Below are positions 1 through 13,465 of a stretch of DNA of 64,000 nt, piece after piece. The stretch's first letter is position 1, and each line of letters starts with the position of its first letter. Made by a program: the position numbers and the translations under genes. The notes under the pieces are model-generated. The model was not told the DNA's origin. It saw nothing but the letters and a program-made list of their open reading frames with translations, and made no database searches. Source of the stretch: Mobula hypostoma (Eukaryota); contig NC_086097.1 in the NCBI RefSeq assembly GCF_963921235.1, positions 113,524,001 through 113,588,000 on the forward strand, given 5' to 3'.

Positions 1-988
1 TCATTTTACATTGTACATCAACGATTTGGGTTATGGAATAGATGGCTTTGTGGCTAAGTTTGCTGACGATACAAAGATAGGTGGAGGGGCGGTAGTGCTG
101 AGGAAACGGAGAGTCTGCAGAGAGACTTGGATAGATTGGAAGAATGGGCAGAGAAGTGGCAAATGAAGTACAATGTTGGAAAGTGTATGGTTATGCACTT
201 TGGCAGAAAAAATAAATGGGCAGACTATTATTTAAATGGGGAAAGAATTCAAAGTTCTGAGATGCAGCGGGACTTGGGAGTCCTCGTACAGGATTCCCTT
301 AAAGTTAACCTCCAGGTTGAGTCGGTAGTGAAGAAAGCGAATGCAATGTTGGCATTCATTTCTAGAGGAATAGAGTATAGGAGCAGGGATGTGATGTTGA
401 GGCTCTATAAGGCGCTGGTGAGACCTCACTTGGAGTACTGTGGGCAGTTTTGGTCTCCTTATTTAAGAAAGGATGTGCTGACGTTGGAGAGGGTACAGAG
501 AAGGTTCACTAGAATGATTCCGGGAATGAGAGGGTTAACATATGAGGAACGTTTGTCCGCTCTTGGACTGTATTCCTTGGAGTTTAGAAGAATGAGGGGA
601 GATACCTCAGAAACATTTCGAATGTTAAAAGGCATGGACAGAATAGATGCGGCGAAGTTGTTTCCCATGATGGGGGAGTCTAGTACGAGAGGGCATGACT
701 TCAGGATCGAAGGGCGCCCTTTCAGAACAGAAATGCGAAAAAATTTTTTTAGTCAGAGGGTGGTGAATCTATGGAATTTGTTGCCACGGGCAGCAGTGGA
801 GGCCAAGTCATTGGGTGTATTTAAGGCAGAGATTGATAGGTATCTGAGTAGCCAGGGTATCAAAGGTTATGGTGAGAAGGCGGGGCAGTGGGACTAAATA
901 GGATAAAATGGATCAGCTCATGATAAAATGGCGGTGCAGACTCAATGGGCCGAATGGCCTACTTCTGCTCCTTTGTCTTATGGTCTTA
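1..988 (+). mobile_element. CR1-type LINE, 3' part of ORF2 (RT) and 3' tail
   Basis: ORF 127..897 with KFADDTK just upstream, LVRPHLEYC and FFSQRVVNLWN; ends in a TCTTATGGTCTTA tail. Same subfamily as the copy at 37011-41346. Confidence 0.93.
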
Positions 989-1736
989 ACCTGTCAGTAA
1001 AGGCCACACTGAACAGGGTAATCCAGGGTATTCAGGTACTCTACAGTGGTTTGTGCTGCAGGTACATAACAGGTATGACACAGATGTACAGAATTCAGCA
1101 TTACATCTCAAAACTGGGAAGACGTTGCTCCAGTAGAGGTAGCTGGAGGAAACCGGTTCAGGAGGGGGGCAGTGCTACATAAGAATGATCTCCACTGTGC
1201 TGAGAATAAGCGGCAGATGTGAAAGGAGAGACTGAGAAACCCCAAAAAAACAACCACTAACCATAACCACTTCTTACTTTTAGCCACACTGCCCCAAAAT
1301 ATGTAGATCCTGGGTCGGTCTGTACAGCCACCTGAGGACCTACCAACAGAGGAGTCATCATACTCAACTCCAGTGATGGCACGACTATTTACTGTCATTG
1401 AACTCTCACTGCTCCAAGAACAACGCAAACCATCATAAATAAATATGGGAATAGAAGTGACACAAAGCAATCCACTAATGCACACTTCCAAATATGCAGG
1501 TACAGCATTTTAATTAAATGTAAAAACCTGCACTTTGAATTAGCAATAACTCTTATAAAATAAGGACATGTTAAAGTACTTATTGTAATCAAATAGAACA
1601 TCACTAGTAATCAGGTTACAGAAATACAATTTTGTGCAGAAGCAGTTGAATCACAGGCCACTCCCATTAAGAAAACATTTTAAATAGATCTATAAAAATA
1701 GCAGCAAAGTACAAAGATATTGAAGTAAACTATATA

Positions 1737-2425
1737 CACTGCGGCCACTTTTTTAGGTACACCTGCTGGTTAATGTAGATATCTAATCAGCCAATCATGT
1801 GGCAGCAGCTCAAAGCATAAAAGCATGCAGACATGGTCAAGAGGTTCAGTTGTCGTTCAGACCAAACATCAGCATGGGGAAGAAATGTGATCCAAGTGAC
1901 TTCGACCATGGAATGATTGTTGGTGCCCCACAGTGTGGTTTGAGTCAGAAATTGCAGATCTCCTGGGATTTTCATGAAGAACCCTCTTGAGTTTACAGAG
2001 AATGGTGCGCAAAACACACAAAAAAAACATCAAATGAGCAGCAATTCTGGGGCAAAAACATCCTGTTTATGAGGCCAGAGGAGTGTGGCCAGACTGCTTC
2101 AAGACAACTCAAATGACCATGCATTACAACATTGGTGTGCAGAAGAGCATCTAGTGCGGGTGGGGGGAGTCGGTGCTTTTGCTGCAGCCTGTATGAAGGG
2201 AGGGGGAGGAGGGGCTTCAATGTTTCTATCATTCATTCTATGGTGTTTCTTTGTTTTGTTGATTCTGTGAAGAGTATGAATTTCAGTTTGTATACTGTAT
2301 GCATACTCTGATATTAAATATACCTTTGAGCCTTTGAACAACACATTGAACCTTGACATGGATGGGCTACAGCAGCAGAAGACCACACAAGGTTCTACTT
2401 CTGTACCTAATAAAGTGGCTTCTGA
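1737..2425 (+). mobile_element. Degenerate Tc1-like DNA transposon (internally deleted)
   Basis: Inverted ends GGCCACTTT(T/A)TTAGGTACA ... TGTACCTAATAAAGTGGC after a TA; remnant MGKKCDPSDFDHGMIVGA resembles a Tc1 transposase N-terminus. A LINE-tail-like piece lies inside. Confidence 0.7.
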
Positions 2426-3464
2426 CCTTGTATATTAGAAATACAGCAGTGTAGTCACACGTGACATTTAGCTGATCCTTTCCCAATTACTTTCAAAGGA
2501 AAATCCTTGGATCTTATCAAGTTCATTCATATTTCAGTAACTAAGCCACACATACCAATTCATTGTTAGAGTTTTCTTTTACATTAGCAGACATGAGTTT
2601 GAAATCCAGAGTAAATAATTTATAATTATATCGCACTAAATTTAGTCCCAAGCACATTTTAATTGCAACACACTGCTAAACATCACAGTAACACTCATCT
2701 CCAGGACGATCAAAGGGAGCTCGTTTTAGAATGCAAGGACAAAAATTTGTTCCAATTACTGAAATGTATTTTTTTAATACAGTAACACACATTTTATTCA
2801 AGTAGTTCACTTAGATGAAAAACTGTCTTCGATGAATTCAATCCATAATTGTGGCAGACTGCGTTTGAAAATATAAGTCAGCAATATTGACTTCATACAC
2901 CTCCTAAAGATGCAATGTTTAGTAAATAAAATAGATTAAGTTAAAAATACTCATTATATGTCTCCCATTCTCAAAAAATAGGAACACAATCCATCTGCAA
3001 ACATATTGTACATTTTGCTGCCTCACTCTTAACGTGCCTGGAACTCAAGCACCCCTCATTCAAGGTGACAGTAGCAGATCCATACTGGCTTCAACTCCTC
3101 TTCTGTGCCAGTTTTCTGGATCCTTCAAATATTTATTCATTTTTATCTTAAATAAATCTTTTCCTACTAGCTTCCACCCTGTAGGTAAAAGATAATAGGA
3201 AGTAATAAGCTCAATTTGGTTCAAAACAGTGCAAAACACAGCAAAATAAATTTCTGCTGATTTTTACTGCTTTGAGGATGCAAGAGATAAAGAATTGAAC
3301 TTTTTCATCAATCCAGCTAGTGGCAACACTAAATAATCTGGAGTAGATTTCCAGTTAGAATACCTTTCACCATTTCCCTTACCACATATCCTCAAGGCGT
3401 CATTACCTGCCATTTTATACGAAGGCGGAGCTCACTGATTCATTGTGAAGAAGCTTGAATTGAA

Positions 3465-3990
3465 AAAGCTTGGAGTATTGTGAGCAGTTTTGGAACCCTT
3501 ATTTAAGAAAGGATGTGCTGATATTGAAGAGTTCAAAGGACGTTCATGAGAATGACTCCAAGAATGAAAGGGTCATCATACGAAGAGCGATTGATGACTC
3601 TGGGCCTGTAGTCTCTGGAATTTAAAAGAATAAGGGAAGGATCCCATTGAAAGCTATTGAATGCTGACAGGCCTAGATAGAGTGGATGTGGAGAGGACGT
3701 TTCCTATGGTTGAGGAGCCTAGGACAAGAGGGCACAGCCTCACAATGAGGCGGAAATTCTTTAGCCAGAGGGTGCTGAATCTGTGGAATTCAGATGGTGG
3801 CTTTGGAAGCCAAGTCATTGGGTGTATTTAAGGCAGAGGTTGATAGGCTCTTGATTAGTCGGGGCGTGGTAGGTTACAGAGGGAAGGCAGGAGGACAGGG
3901 TTGAAAGATAAAATGGATCCGCCATGAAGGAATGGTGGAGCAGACTCGATGAGCCAAAATGGCCCAATTCTCATCCTATATCTGATTGTC
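3465..3990 (+). mobile_element. Degenerate CR1 3' fragment
   Basis: Visible similarity to 430-980 (ttggagtattgtgagcagttttgg ... agccagagggtgctgaatctgtggaattc). Confidence 0.85.
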
Positions 3991-4589
3991 TAACTCACAC
4001 AGATGGAACTAAGGGGAGGGATGAAACCACAGGTATTTATTTGATGGAGACTAAAATAGAATGATGGTGTTAAAAGAAGAATGTTAGAAGGAGAGTAATA
4101 TGGGGGAATCATATGGGGGAAACTGCCTTGGCTGAACATTTAATTTTCCTTAAACACATTATAAAATTACATGCTGATTTCTCCATGTACCTGTCCAACT
4201 GCCTTCTGGGTTGCCACTCTCTCTGGCAGCTCATTCCACTACCTACTGGATTGAGCTTTGATACAGCTCCTTCAATCAAACTGAATCATGGAATGGTACT
4301 TCCATGAGAAAGTTTTAATCATTAAACTGGATCAGTCTCAGCACAGAAAGACGCAGCAAAGGAGGTAGACACGTGGCCCAATTTTACCCGTCAACTCTTT
4401 TGTAGGGCTATTCAATTAATTCCACTCCTTGGCCTCTTTCAATCACTATACAAGTTGAACAGTCTATGGCTTGCTAAGGGTTTGAGTGATGAAAATCAAG
4501 GTGACTTACATCTACGTACTCTGTGCCCCACACAGGATAGCACAGCACAGAATTACATAATGCATTACAGCCGTACATGGCAGTAAATT

Positions 4590-5660
4590 CTAACAGATTC
4601 ACTACCCTCTGGCTAAAGCAATTCCTCCTTATCTCTGTTCTAAAGGGACGTCCTTTTATTCTGAGGCTGTGCCCTCCGGACCTAGAATCCTCCACTATAG
4701 GAAACATCCTCTCCACATCCACTCTGTCCAGGCCTTTCAAAATTCAATACGTTTTAATGATATCTCCTCCTCATTCTTCTAAATTCTAGCAAGTACAAGC
4801 TCAGAGCCAACAAATATTCCTCATATGTTAACCCTTTCATTCATGGCATCATTCTCGTGCACTTGCTCTGGAACCTCACCAATGTAAGCATATCCCTTCT
4901 TTGATAAGGGGCCAAAATTGCTCACAATGCTCCAAGTGTGGACTGACCAGTGCTTTATAAAGCCTTACCATTACATCCTTGCTTTTATATTCCAGTCCTC
5001 TCAAAATCAACATTAACATTGCATTTGCCTTCCTTACCACCAACACAACCTGCAAGTTAACCTTTAGGGAATCCTGCATGAGAACTCTTAAGTCCCAAAG
5101 CATTTTTAATTTCTGAATTTGGTCCTATATTGAAAATAGTCTATGCCCTTGTTCCTTCTAACAAAATGCATGACCATACACTTCCCTACACTATATTCCA
5201 TCTGCCACTTCTTTTCCCATTCTCCGAATTTGTCTAAGTCCTTCTGCAGGCTCCCTGTTTCCTCAAACCTCAAACCTACTTGCCCTTCCACCAATCATTG
5301 TATCATCCGCAAACTTGGCCACAAAGCCATCAGCCAAACCGCTGACATATAACGTGAAAAGAAATGGTCCCTACACCGACCCCTCCAACACTCCACGTGT
5401 CACCAGTAGCCAACTAGAAAAGGCCTCCTTCATTCCCACTCCTTGCTTCCTGCTAGTCAGCCATTCTTTTACCCTGTAATACCATGGGTTCTTATCTCGT
5501 TGAGCAGCCTCATTTGTGGCACCTTATCAAAGGCCTATTATAAATCTAAATAAACAATATCCACTGACTCTCCTTTGTCTATCCCACCTGTTATTTCCTG
5601 AAAGAGTTCCAACAAATTTGTCAAGCAAGATTTCCCCTTAAGGAAATCATGCTGACTTTA
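4590..5660 (-). mobile_element. Degenerate CR1 RT fragment
   Basis: ORFs 4474..4740, 4876..5103 and 5106..5294 give CR1 RT pieces with stops and frameshifts. Confidence 0.85.
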
Positions 5661-6065
5661 CTAGAACTGAAGATCTTAATTGTCTTGAATGAAACCAACC
5701 AAGGTATTGCCGTTAGAGATGCTTTAATGCAAATTTTAAACTGACGGCATTTAAATATGAAGAAAACCAAAGCCATCATTTATCTCCACCATAGATTGTC
5801 CCCAGAATCAGTTCCTGAAAACTATTTGTAACAGTTCATGATGGAAATGCAGCTGTGAACATCTACCCCAGGCAGCAGCAGTTGCTTACCGTAACAAGTG
5901 ATCTGCTGGAGGTGCTCGAGTGGGGAGGCAACATCTGTGGGAGGAAAGGAATTATCTTTACATCAGAACCTGAAATTTTGTCTGGAAGCATTGAAAATTC
6001 CTTTCCTCCCACAGATTTTGTTCCACCCACTGGGTTCCTCTTGTAGATTGCTTGTTGCTCTAGAT

Positions 6066-6131
6066 CAGGGGTTCCCAAACTAGGATCCACATACCCCTTG
6101 CCTAATGGTATAAAAAGGTTGGGAGCCCCTG
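6066..6131. mobile_element. 66 bp hAT mini-MITE
   Basis: TIRs CAGGGGTTCCCAA / TTGGGAGCCCCTG; perfect 8 bp TSD CTCTAGAT at 6058-6065 and 6132-6139. Confidence 0.85.
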
Positions 6132-6287
6132 CTCTAGATTCCAGCATTTGCAGTCTCTCATGTCTCCAGCAGAAGACGCCTGCAGCCTCAAATCAAATAC
6201 ATAACACAAGACTCCCAACATGGACATTTAGTCCTGTAGTTGCAAATGGTAATGTGACTGACTTGAGAGTTCCAGTGCTATGTATAC

Positions 6288-6600
6288 ATATGGCCAAGTG
6301 GTTAAGGCATTGAACCTAGCGACCTGAAGGTCGAGAGTTCGAGCCCCAGCTGAGGGAATGTGTTGTGTCCTTGAGCAAGGCACTTAATCACACATAGTTC
6401 TGCGACGACACTGGTGCCAAGCTGTATGGGTCTAATGCCCTTCCCTTGGACAACACTGGTGTCGTGGAGAGGGGAGACTTGCAGCATAGACAACTGCTGG
6501 CCTTCCATACAACCTTGCCCAGGCCTGCGCTCTGGAGAGTGAAGACTTTCCAGGCGCAGATCCATGGTCTCGCAAGACTAACATACATACATACATACAC
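6288..6600 (+). mobile_element. tRNA-derived SINE with CORE-like domain and (ACAT)n tail
   Basis: A box TGGCCAAGTGG, B box GTTCGAGCC, central GTGTCCTTGAGCAAGGCACTT, tail acatacatacatacac. Confidence 0.75.
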
Positions 6601-7404
6601 ACACCCCAGTTTAAAATTCCACCCTACATGCACTAGACTACATATATTTATTTTTATATTCTGACCAAAATATACAGATTTAAACTATTAGCTAATTTTG
6701 CTGTGATTCATACCCATTAAAATAAATCTATATATCAACTTTGCTATCTTCTTCCAGTGAATTTGACCATATAAAGCTCCAACTTATTTTCCCTGAATAC
6801 TTTAAACTAGACTGCTCATCTTCTATTTTGTACCACCTACACCAGTGTACAGAATAAATATGACCCAGCCCACTAATGGAAATTGGTTTTGTTCTAGATC
6901 AGTCTCTATAGTGACTACAGCTGCTTAAAGTTATTCTCCACTAATAATATTTCAATTCTCTCACTATGTAATCAAGTACACAAGATGAAATAACATTTGA
7001 ATTTAACAATATTACCAAATGGTTGAACAGAAATATATGCCACCTAAGAATACTTTACACAACACAAAAAAATTGCATAATATTCACTAAACTCATTTTC
7101 TCCCCTCAACACAAAGCTAAAATTTAAGTATAAAATGAAGATCACCATATCAAAAAAAAACTGCCTGGAAGCATAAAAATGGTTAAAAACATGCTACTTT
7201 ATAGTATTTTCCTCATTTATATTAAACTTTAGATTTACTTATGTTCAATCTATTTAAGATGTAATGCATTTAAATTACTGTTCTTGATAGAAGACAGTAA
7301 GTAGCTTACAAAACAAAGCATAGAGGGGAAGTTCACAAATAATATGCTCTGGTCAAAATATTTTACAATGTCATATCAAGCCAAATGGTTTGGAGCAGGC
7401 ATCC

Positions 7405-7576
7405 TCAGGCATTTGAGTCATCATTCCCAGGGTCTTCCACTTTGCTGAATTCTGGCAATGCATGTACAACAAGAGAAGCACAGCCCTTGCTGCTTGTAGG
7501 ACATGAATAGTGCGGTACAAGTGTGTAGCTACTTTGCAGTGTGGATTCCTCAGCGAAGTTGCCACTTGGTGTCAAT
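7405..7576 (-). CDS. FZD6: Frizzled-6 terminal coding exon (172 bp to the TGA)
   Basis: Acceptor ccttgattgcag|A TTG; phase matches the previous donor. Gives (R)LTPSGNFAEESTLQSSYTLVPHYSCPTSSKGCASLVVHALPEFSKVEDPGNDDSNA*, which resembles the mammalian FZD6 end as I recall it (..SSLKGSTSLLVH..). An AT-rich putative 3'UTR follows. Confidence 0.85.
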
Positions 7577-7744
7577 CTGCAATCAAGGATAAATCACAAG
7601 TGAACACAAAGCAATCAATCTTCTTTTAAGATTTACACTTAACCTGTTGACACCACGTGGAGCTTTAAAAAAATCAGAAGTACCAGCAAAGTATAAATGT
7701 AGATATATAGACATTATTTAGTAACTCCCTTTCTTAGAAGTTTG

Positions 7745-8345
7745 CATAGATGCGGCATGTCATCCAAAACTTCCACAAATTTCTAGATGCACAGTGGAGA
7801 GTCTTCTGACTGGTTACATCATGGCTAGTACGGATACACTAACACCTAGGACTGAAAAAGTCTACAAAAAGTGATGGATACAACCCAGTTTATCACAGAC
7901 AACGTCCTCCCCACCGTTGAGCACACTTACAAGGCATGCTGCCACAAGAAGACACCATCCATCAGGAACCCCACCAGCCTGGTCATGCTCTCTTCTCGCT
8001 ACTGTCATGGGGCTGGAGGTATAGCAGCCTTAGGTCCCTCACCAACAGGTTCGGGAACAGTTATTACCCCACAACCATCAGGCTCCTGAGCTTCTCACCT
8101 GAATGCTGAACTGACTCTACAACCTACGGATTCACTTTCAAGAACTCTACAACATGTTCTCGGTATTAATCTTTTACTTTTTTTTAAATTATTTGCACGA
8201 TTTTTCTTCTTTTGCACAATGGTTATTTGTCAGCCCTTGTTATTTATATTTTTTCTATAAATTCTACTGTATTTTATTTTACCTGCAAATGTCTGGAAGA
8301 AAATGAATCTCAAGATTGATAACCTTTGATAATAAATTTATTTTG
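7745..8345 (+). mobile_element. Rex/Babar-like LINE 3' fragment
   Basis: Similar to the reverse complement of 45454-45790 (NFYRCxVESxLTG motif region) and to the AT-rich tail shared by other copies in the window. Confidence 0.65.
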
Positions 8346-9362
8346 ACTTTTATTATTTTGAAATGCTTAGATTTTGCATTTAGCTGGAACATACAAGTTT
8401 CTCCACAGTACAGGAGAATGTAGGAACTGTGAGGCTATAGCACAACCACTGACAGGGAGGTTAAATTAAAACATGTGGTAGATAGCCTTTGTTGTAAATG
8501 TGAAGAAGCTTATTTAAAAAGTGTCACACAAACTTGACTGCCAGTAGTATCCATAAACTAAATGTGTGTTCAGTCACAAGATATTTAATACATTCTATAT
8601 AATCAATGTAGTGTCCCATCCTCATCCACAATGGCCAAATGGGAAATTTGTTCTTTACCATTTCTGCTACTTGTTACCGGATTGGTCTCAAAATCTCTGT
8701 TTTGCTCAACACAAAAGAACACTTGAAGAAACATGGCCCATATTTAAATGGGGTTCAACACTATCAGAAAACTGTGGATGTGCTCCAGTTACAACAAGGA
8801 TTATGATTCATCCATCTGTTGTACCTACTGGCTAGATTTATTATATCAAATTGTTCCATTTATTGACCAATATTGTCCATTCTGAAGACACAAGGGACTG
8901 GAGATGCCAGGATCTGGAAGAACACTCAAAATGCTGGAGGAACTCAATGGGTCCAAATGATGGGTCTTAACTTGAAACATCAACACTCCATTTGCCGCCA
9001 TAGAAGCTGTCTGACCAAATGAGCTCCTCCAGCCTTTTGTGTGTTGTCCTTTCTAAAGCCTATCAAGTTATTTGCCAACACTCTGTTATGGTTAATTTCT
9101 AAGCATCAATGGAGGGTTCAAGATTCAAGGTACATTTATGATCAAAGTATGAATGCAATATACAACTCTGAGATTCATCTTTCCAGATAGCCACGAAACA
9201 ATGAAAACCATGGAAACCGTTCAAAGAAAAACAAAATACAAATCATGCAAGCGACAAGAACATCAATCCTCCAACTATGCAAAAAGAGAATTGAGCAAAT
9301 GGCAATAGGAACATCAACCACCCCCCAGGCACCAAAAAAATTCTCACAAATGGCAACAGGAA

Positions 9363-10112
9363 AGAAACATAGAAACCCTACAGCACAATACAGGCCCTTT
9401 GGCCCACAAAGCTGTGCCGAACATGTCCTTACTTTAGAAGTTACCTAGGGTTACCCATAGCCCTCCATTTTTCCAAGCTCCATGTACCTATCCAGGAGTC
9501 TCTTAAAAGACCCTATCGTATCCGCCTCCACCACCATCGCTGGCAGCCCATTCCACGCACTCACCACTCCCTGCGTAAAAAACTTACCACTGACATGTCC
9601 TCTGTCCCTACTTCCAAGCAGCTTAAAACTGTGCCCTCGTGCTAGCCATTTCAGCCCTGGGGAAAAGCCTCTGACTATCCACACGATCAATGCCTCTCAT
9701 CATCTTTTACACATCTATCAGGTCACCTCTCATCCTCCGTCGCTCCAAGGAAAAAAGGCCGTGTTCACTCAACCTATTCTCATAAGGCATGCTTCCCATT
9801 CCAGGCAACATCCTTTTAAATCTCCTCTGCATCCTTTCTATGGTTTCCACATCCTTCCTGTAGTGAGTGAGGCGACCAGAATTGAGCGCAGTACTCCTAG
9901 TGGGGTCTGACCAGGGTCCAGTATAGCTGCAACATTACCCCTCGGTTCCTAAACTCAATCCCACGATTGATGAAGGCCAATGCACCATATGCTTCTTAAC
10001 CACAGAGTCAACCTGCGCAGCTGCTTTGAGCGTCCTATGGACTCGGACCCCAAAATCCCTCTGATTCTCCACACTGCCAACAGTCTTACCATTAATATTA
10101 TATTCTGCCAAG
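9363..10112 (-). mobile_element. CR1/L2-type LINE 3' fragment
   Basis: Pieces EYNINGKTVGSVENQRDFGVRVHRTLK and FFTQGVVSAWNGLP; microsatellite-like tail at 9363. Confidence 0.8.
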
Positions 10113-10925
10113 ATTGAGTGAAAACAAAGAACATAAAAACATAAAACTGAAAGAGGCCAAGTGAACCACAGTCCAATGCATACATTGTAGACCCAGAACT
10201 TTGGTGCCACCCTCTAACAGCATTGAGGGAGAGAGGCCATTTGAATGTAGGGGCCGTCCTCCGGGATCAGCAACTGAAAGACCAACACACAGAGACATCT
10301 TCCTCTGGCAGCAGAGAGCAAGAGGCTGGTAGGCGGCGCTGAGCACTCACTCGCCTCGATCTTTCAATTTTCCATGCTTTAATCGGCGAGATTGGTGATA
10401 AATGGAGTCGATCATGAGCTTGCACCACAGCTTTAAGAGGAATTTCATGCACCCATGCAAAATAACTTGCATCCATTTTTAAACTAAAATACGCTGATTC
10501 CAGCAACAAACTTTTCACCTGTACAACCCAATCTGCTTCAATTAAAAAAAAAATCCCGATTTTGCTTTATTGATGACTTCAAATAGGGTGAGAATTTAAA
10601 TCCAATGTAAGCCAGAAAAAGACTGCTTCAAACGGTCAGAGGACTTCATGATAGATGTTCAGCATGTCCCCCTCTGGCCAGTCCATAACAAGTCACAAGA
10701 TCCTTGCATTGCAATACTATGACTGAGAAGTGGAAGTGATCCAGAGAAACAGCAAACATAGATAAACTAAGACAGATACAGCTCAGCCCAGTGCTGTCAA
10801 GTAGGGCAACAGGAAAGCCCAGTCCAGCAATGAGATTGTACAGTCCATCAGTGACTGTGATGGTAAGGCAAACTGCATGCTACCTTGCAGAAGGCTCGGC
10901 GGCAGTTCTCAAACACATCCTCATA

Positions 10926-12367
10926 CAGTTGAAGTCAGAAGTTTACATACACTTTAGCCAAATACATTTAAACTCAGTTTTTCACAATTCCTGACATTTA
11001 ATCCTAGAAAACATTCTCTGTCTTAGGTCAGTTAGGATCACTACTTTATTTCAAGAATGTGAAATGTCAGAATAATAGTAGAGAGAATGATTTATTTCAG
11101 CTTTTATTTCTTTCATCACATTCCTAGTGGGTCAGAAGTTTACATACACTTTGTTAGTATTTGGTAGCATTGCCTTAAAATTGTTTAACTTGGATCAAAT
11201 ATTTCGGATAGCCTTCCACAAGCTTCTCACAATAAGTTGCTGGAATTTTGTTCCATTCCTCCAGACAGAACTGGTGTAACTGAGTCAGATTTGTAGGCCT
11301 CCTTGCTCGCACACGCTTTTTCAGTTCTGCCCACAAATTTTCTATCGGATTGAGGTCAGGGCTTTGTGATGGCCACTCCAATACCTTGACTATGTTGTCC
11401 TTAAGCAATTTTGCCACAACTTTGGAGGTATGCTTGGAGTCATTGTCCATTTGGAAGACCCATTTGTGACCGAGCTTTAACTTCCTGGCTGATGTCTTGA
11501 GATGTTGCTTCAATATATCCACATGATGCCATCTATTTTGTGAAGTGCACCAGTCCCCCCTGCAGCAAAGCACCCCCACAACATGATGCTGCCACCCCCA
11601 TGCTACACGGTTGGGATGGTGTTCTTCGGCTTGCAAGCCTCACCCTTTTCCCTCCAAACATAACGATGGTCATTATGGCCAAACAGTTCAATTTTTGTTT
11701 CATCAGACCAGAGGACATTTCTCCAGAAAGTAAGATCTTTGTCCCCATGTGCACTTGCAAATTGTAGTCTGGCTTTTTATGGCAGTTTTGGAGCAGTGGC
11801 TTCTTCCTTGCTGAGCAGTCTTTTAGGTTATGTTGATATACGACTCGTTTTATTGTGGATATAGATATTTGTCTACCTGTTTCCTCCAGCATCTTCACAA
11901 GGTCCTTTGCTGTTATTCTGGGATTGATTTGCACTTTTCGCGCCAAAGTACGTTCATCTCTAGGAGACAGAATGCGTCTCCTTCCTGAGCGGTATGACGG
12001 TTGCATGGTCCCATGGTGTTTATCTTGTGTACTATTGTTTGTACAGATGAACGTGGTACCTTCAGGTGTTTGGAAATTGCTCCCAAGGATGAACCAGACT
12101 TGTGGAGGTCCACAATTTTTTTTTCTGAGGTCTTGGCTGATTTCTTTTGATTTTGTTTGTTTCTGATCCACTGGAATTGTGATATAGTCAATTAAAACTG
12201 AAATAATCTGTCTGTAAACAATTGTTGGAAAAATTACTCGTTTCATGCATAGATGTCCTCAACGTCTTGTCAGAACTATAGTTTGCTAATATGAAATCTG
12301 TGGAGTGGTTAAACAATGAGTTTTAATAACGTCAACCTAAGTGTATGTAAACTTCTGACTTCAACTG
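10926..12367 (-). mobile_element. Sleeping Beauty-like Tc1 transposon (IR/DR type), transposase disrupted
   Basis: TA|CAGTTGAAGTCAGAAGTTTACATACACT at the left end and its reverse complement ending at 12367; inner DR at ~11131. Frameshifted transposase: KSKEISQDLRKK, IVDLHKSGSSLGAISK, QPSYRSGRRR, WVFQMDNDSKHTSK, WPSQSPDLNPIENLW. Confidence 0.95.
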
Positions 12368-12374
12368 CAACTAT

Positions 12375-13345
12375 GACCCCACCAAGATCACCAAGCCAAT
12401 GCTTCTGTTACCTGGAAGGCTCATGGGTTCTGCCTCATCCTAACCCCTCCTCCACCACCACAAACTTACCCCTTCCCTCTATTTTGTTACCCCATCCCTT
12501 GCCAATCTGTTTCTACCTAGATCCTGGACACTTTGCATATTCTCCACTATTTTCAGAACGTCCAATTCCTTGGCCTCCATTGCCTCATCTTCACCGTGGA
12601 TGTCTGGTTCCACCCCTCATCAAAAACCTCTGTTCATTCTGGAACATTGATCAAACCAGTTCTTCTCTAGTAGCGCCCTTCTCCACCTGGTAGTACTTGC
12701 ACCTTCCCTCAGCATCTCCTCTTTTCATTCATCCCACTTACTCCAAACCCAAGGTGAAGCTATGGGCACTCACATTGGCCCCAGCAACGCCTTCCTTTTT
12801 GTTGGCCACATGAAGCAATCTATGTTCCAAGCCTAGTCTAATGGCACTCTTCAAGTCTTCCTGCACTACACTGACAACCGCATTGGTGCTGACTCCTGCA
12901 CCCCTCTCCTCTTTCTTGGTATCTCTGTCTCCATTTCAAGAGACAAACGACTTATTGACATTTATCATAAATGCACTTACTCCCACAGCTAGCTTCCCAC
13001 CTTGCCACTTGGAAAGTTGTCATTCTTTTCTCACAGTTTCTCTACCTCCTGTGATGAGGCCATTCACTACAGGATATTTAAGATGTTCTCCTTTTTCAGG
13101 AAACAAGCAATTCACCCCCCACCCCCCCCCCACCACCCACACGAGTGGGGGCTGACTAAGCTTTCGTCTTCGTCTCTTCCACTTCCTGTACTTCAGCTGT
13201 CACCTGCCTCCCTTTGAAAAAATAGAAAGGGGATGAAGTTCCCCCAGTCCTCACCTTTCACTCCACCTGCCTCTGCATCATTCTTCAACATTTCTGCCAG
13301 TTACAATATAATCACACCACCATGCATCAGGACTGTTTGTCTCCA
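12375..13345 (+). mobile_element. Degenerate Penelope-like element, RT fragment
   Basis: Translates to LQTQGEAMGTHIGPSNAFLFVGHMKQS at ~12740-12820 (PLE RT motif QxxGxAMG..PS.A.LF). Boundaries approximate. Confidence 0.7.
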
Positions 13346-13465
13346 TGTTTTGCTGATTGAGAAGTTCAACCCAGCAGTGACAGCCCTATCTGGAAGCAGG
13401 GGTATTCAGACTGCAGCGAAAGAGCTCAGTCTGAAATGTCTTTAATTAAAAATGCATTTAAACCA

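Noticed and set aside
1108..1491. 127 aa ORF with a hydrophobic stretch
   Set aside because: No recognisable family and no supported splice sites.
6288..6365. tRNA gene
   Set aside because: A and B boxes are present, but it continues into a SINE body and tail and has no convincing acceptor stem.
7371..7565. 64 aa ORF in the track over the last FZD6 exon
   Set aside because: Wrong frame; the splice-phase-consistent frame is the FZD6-like one.
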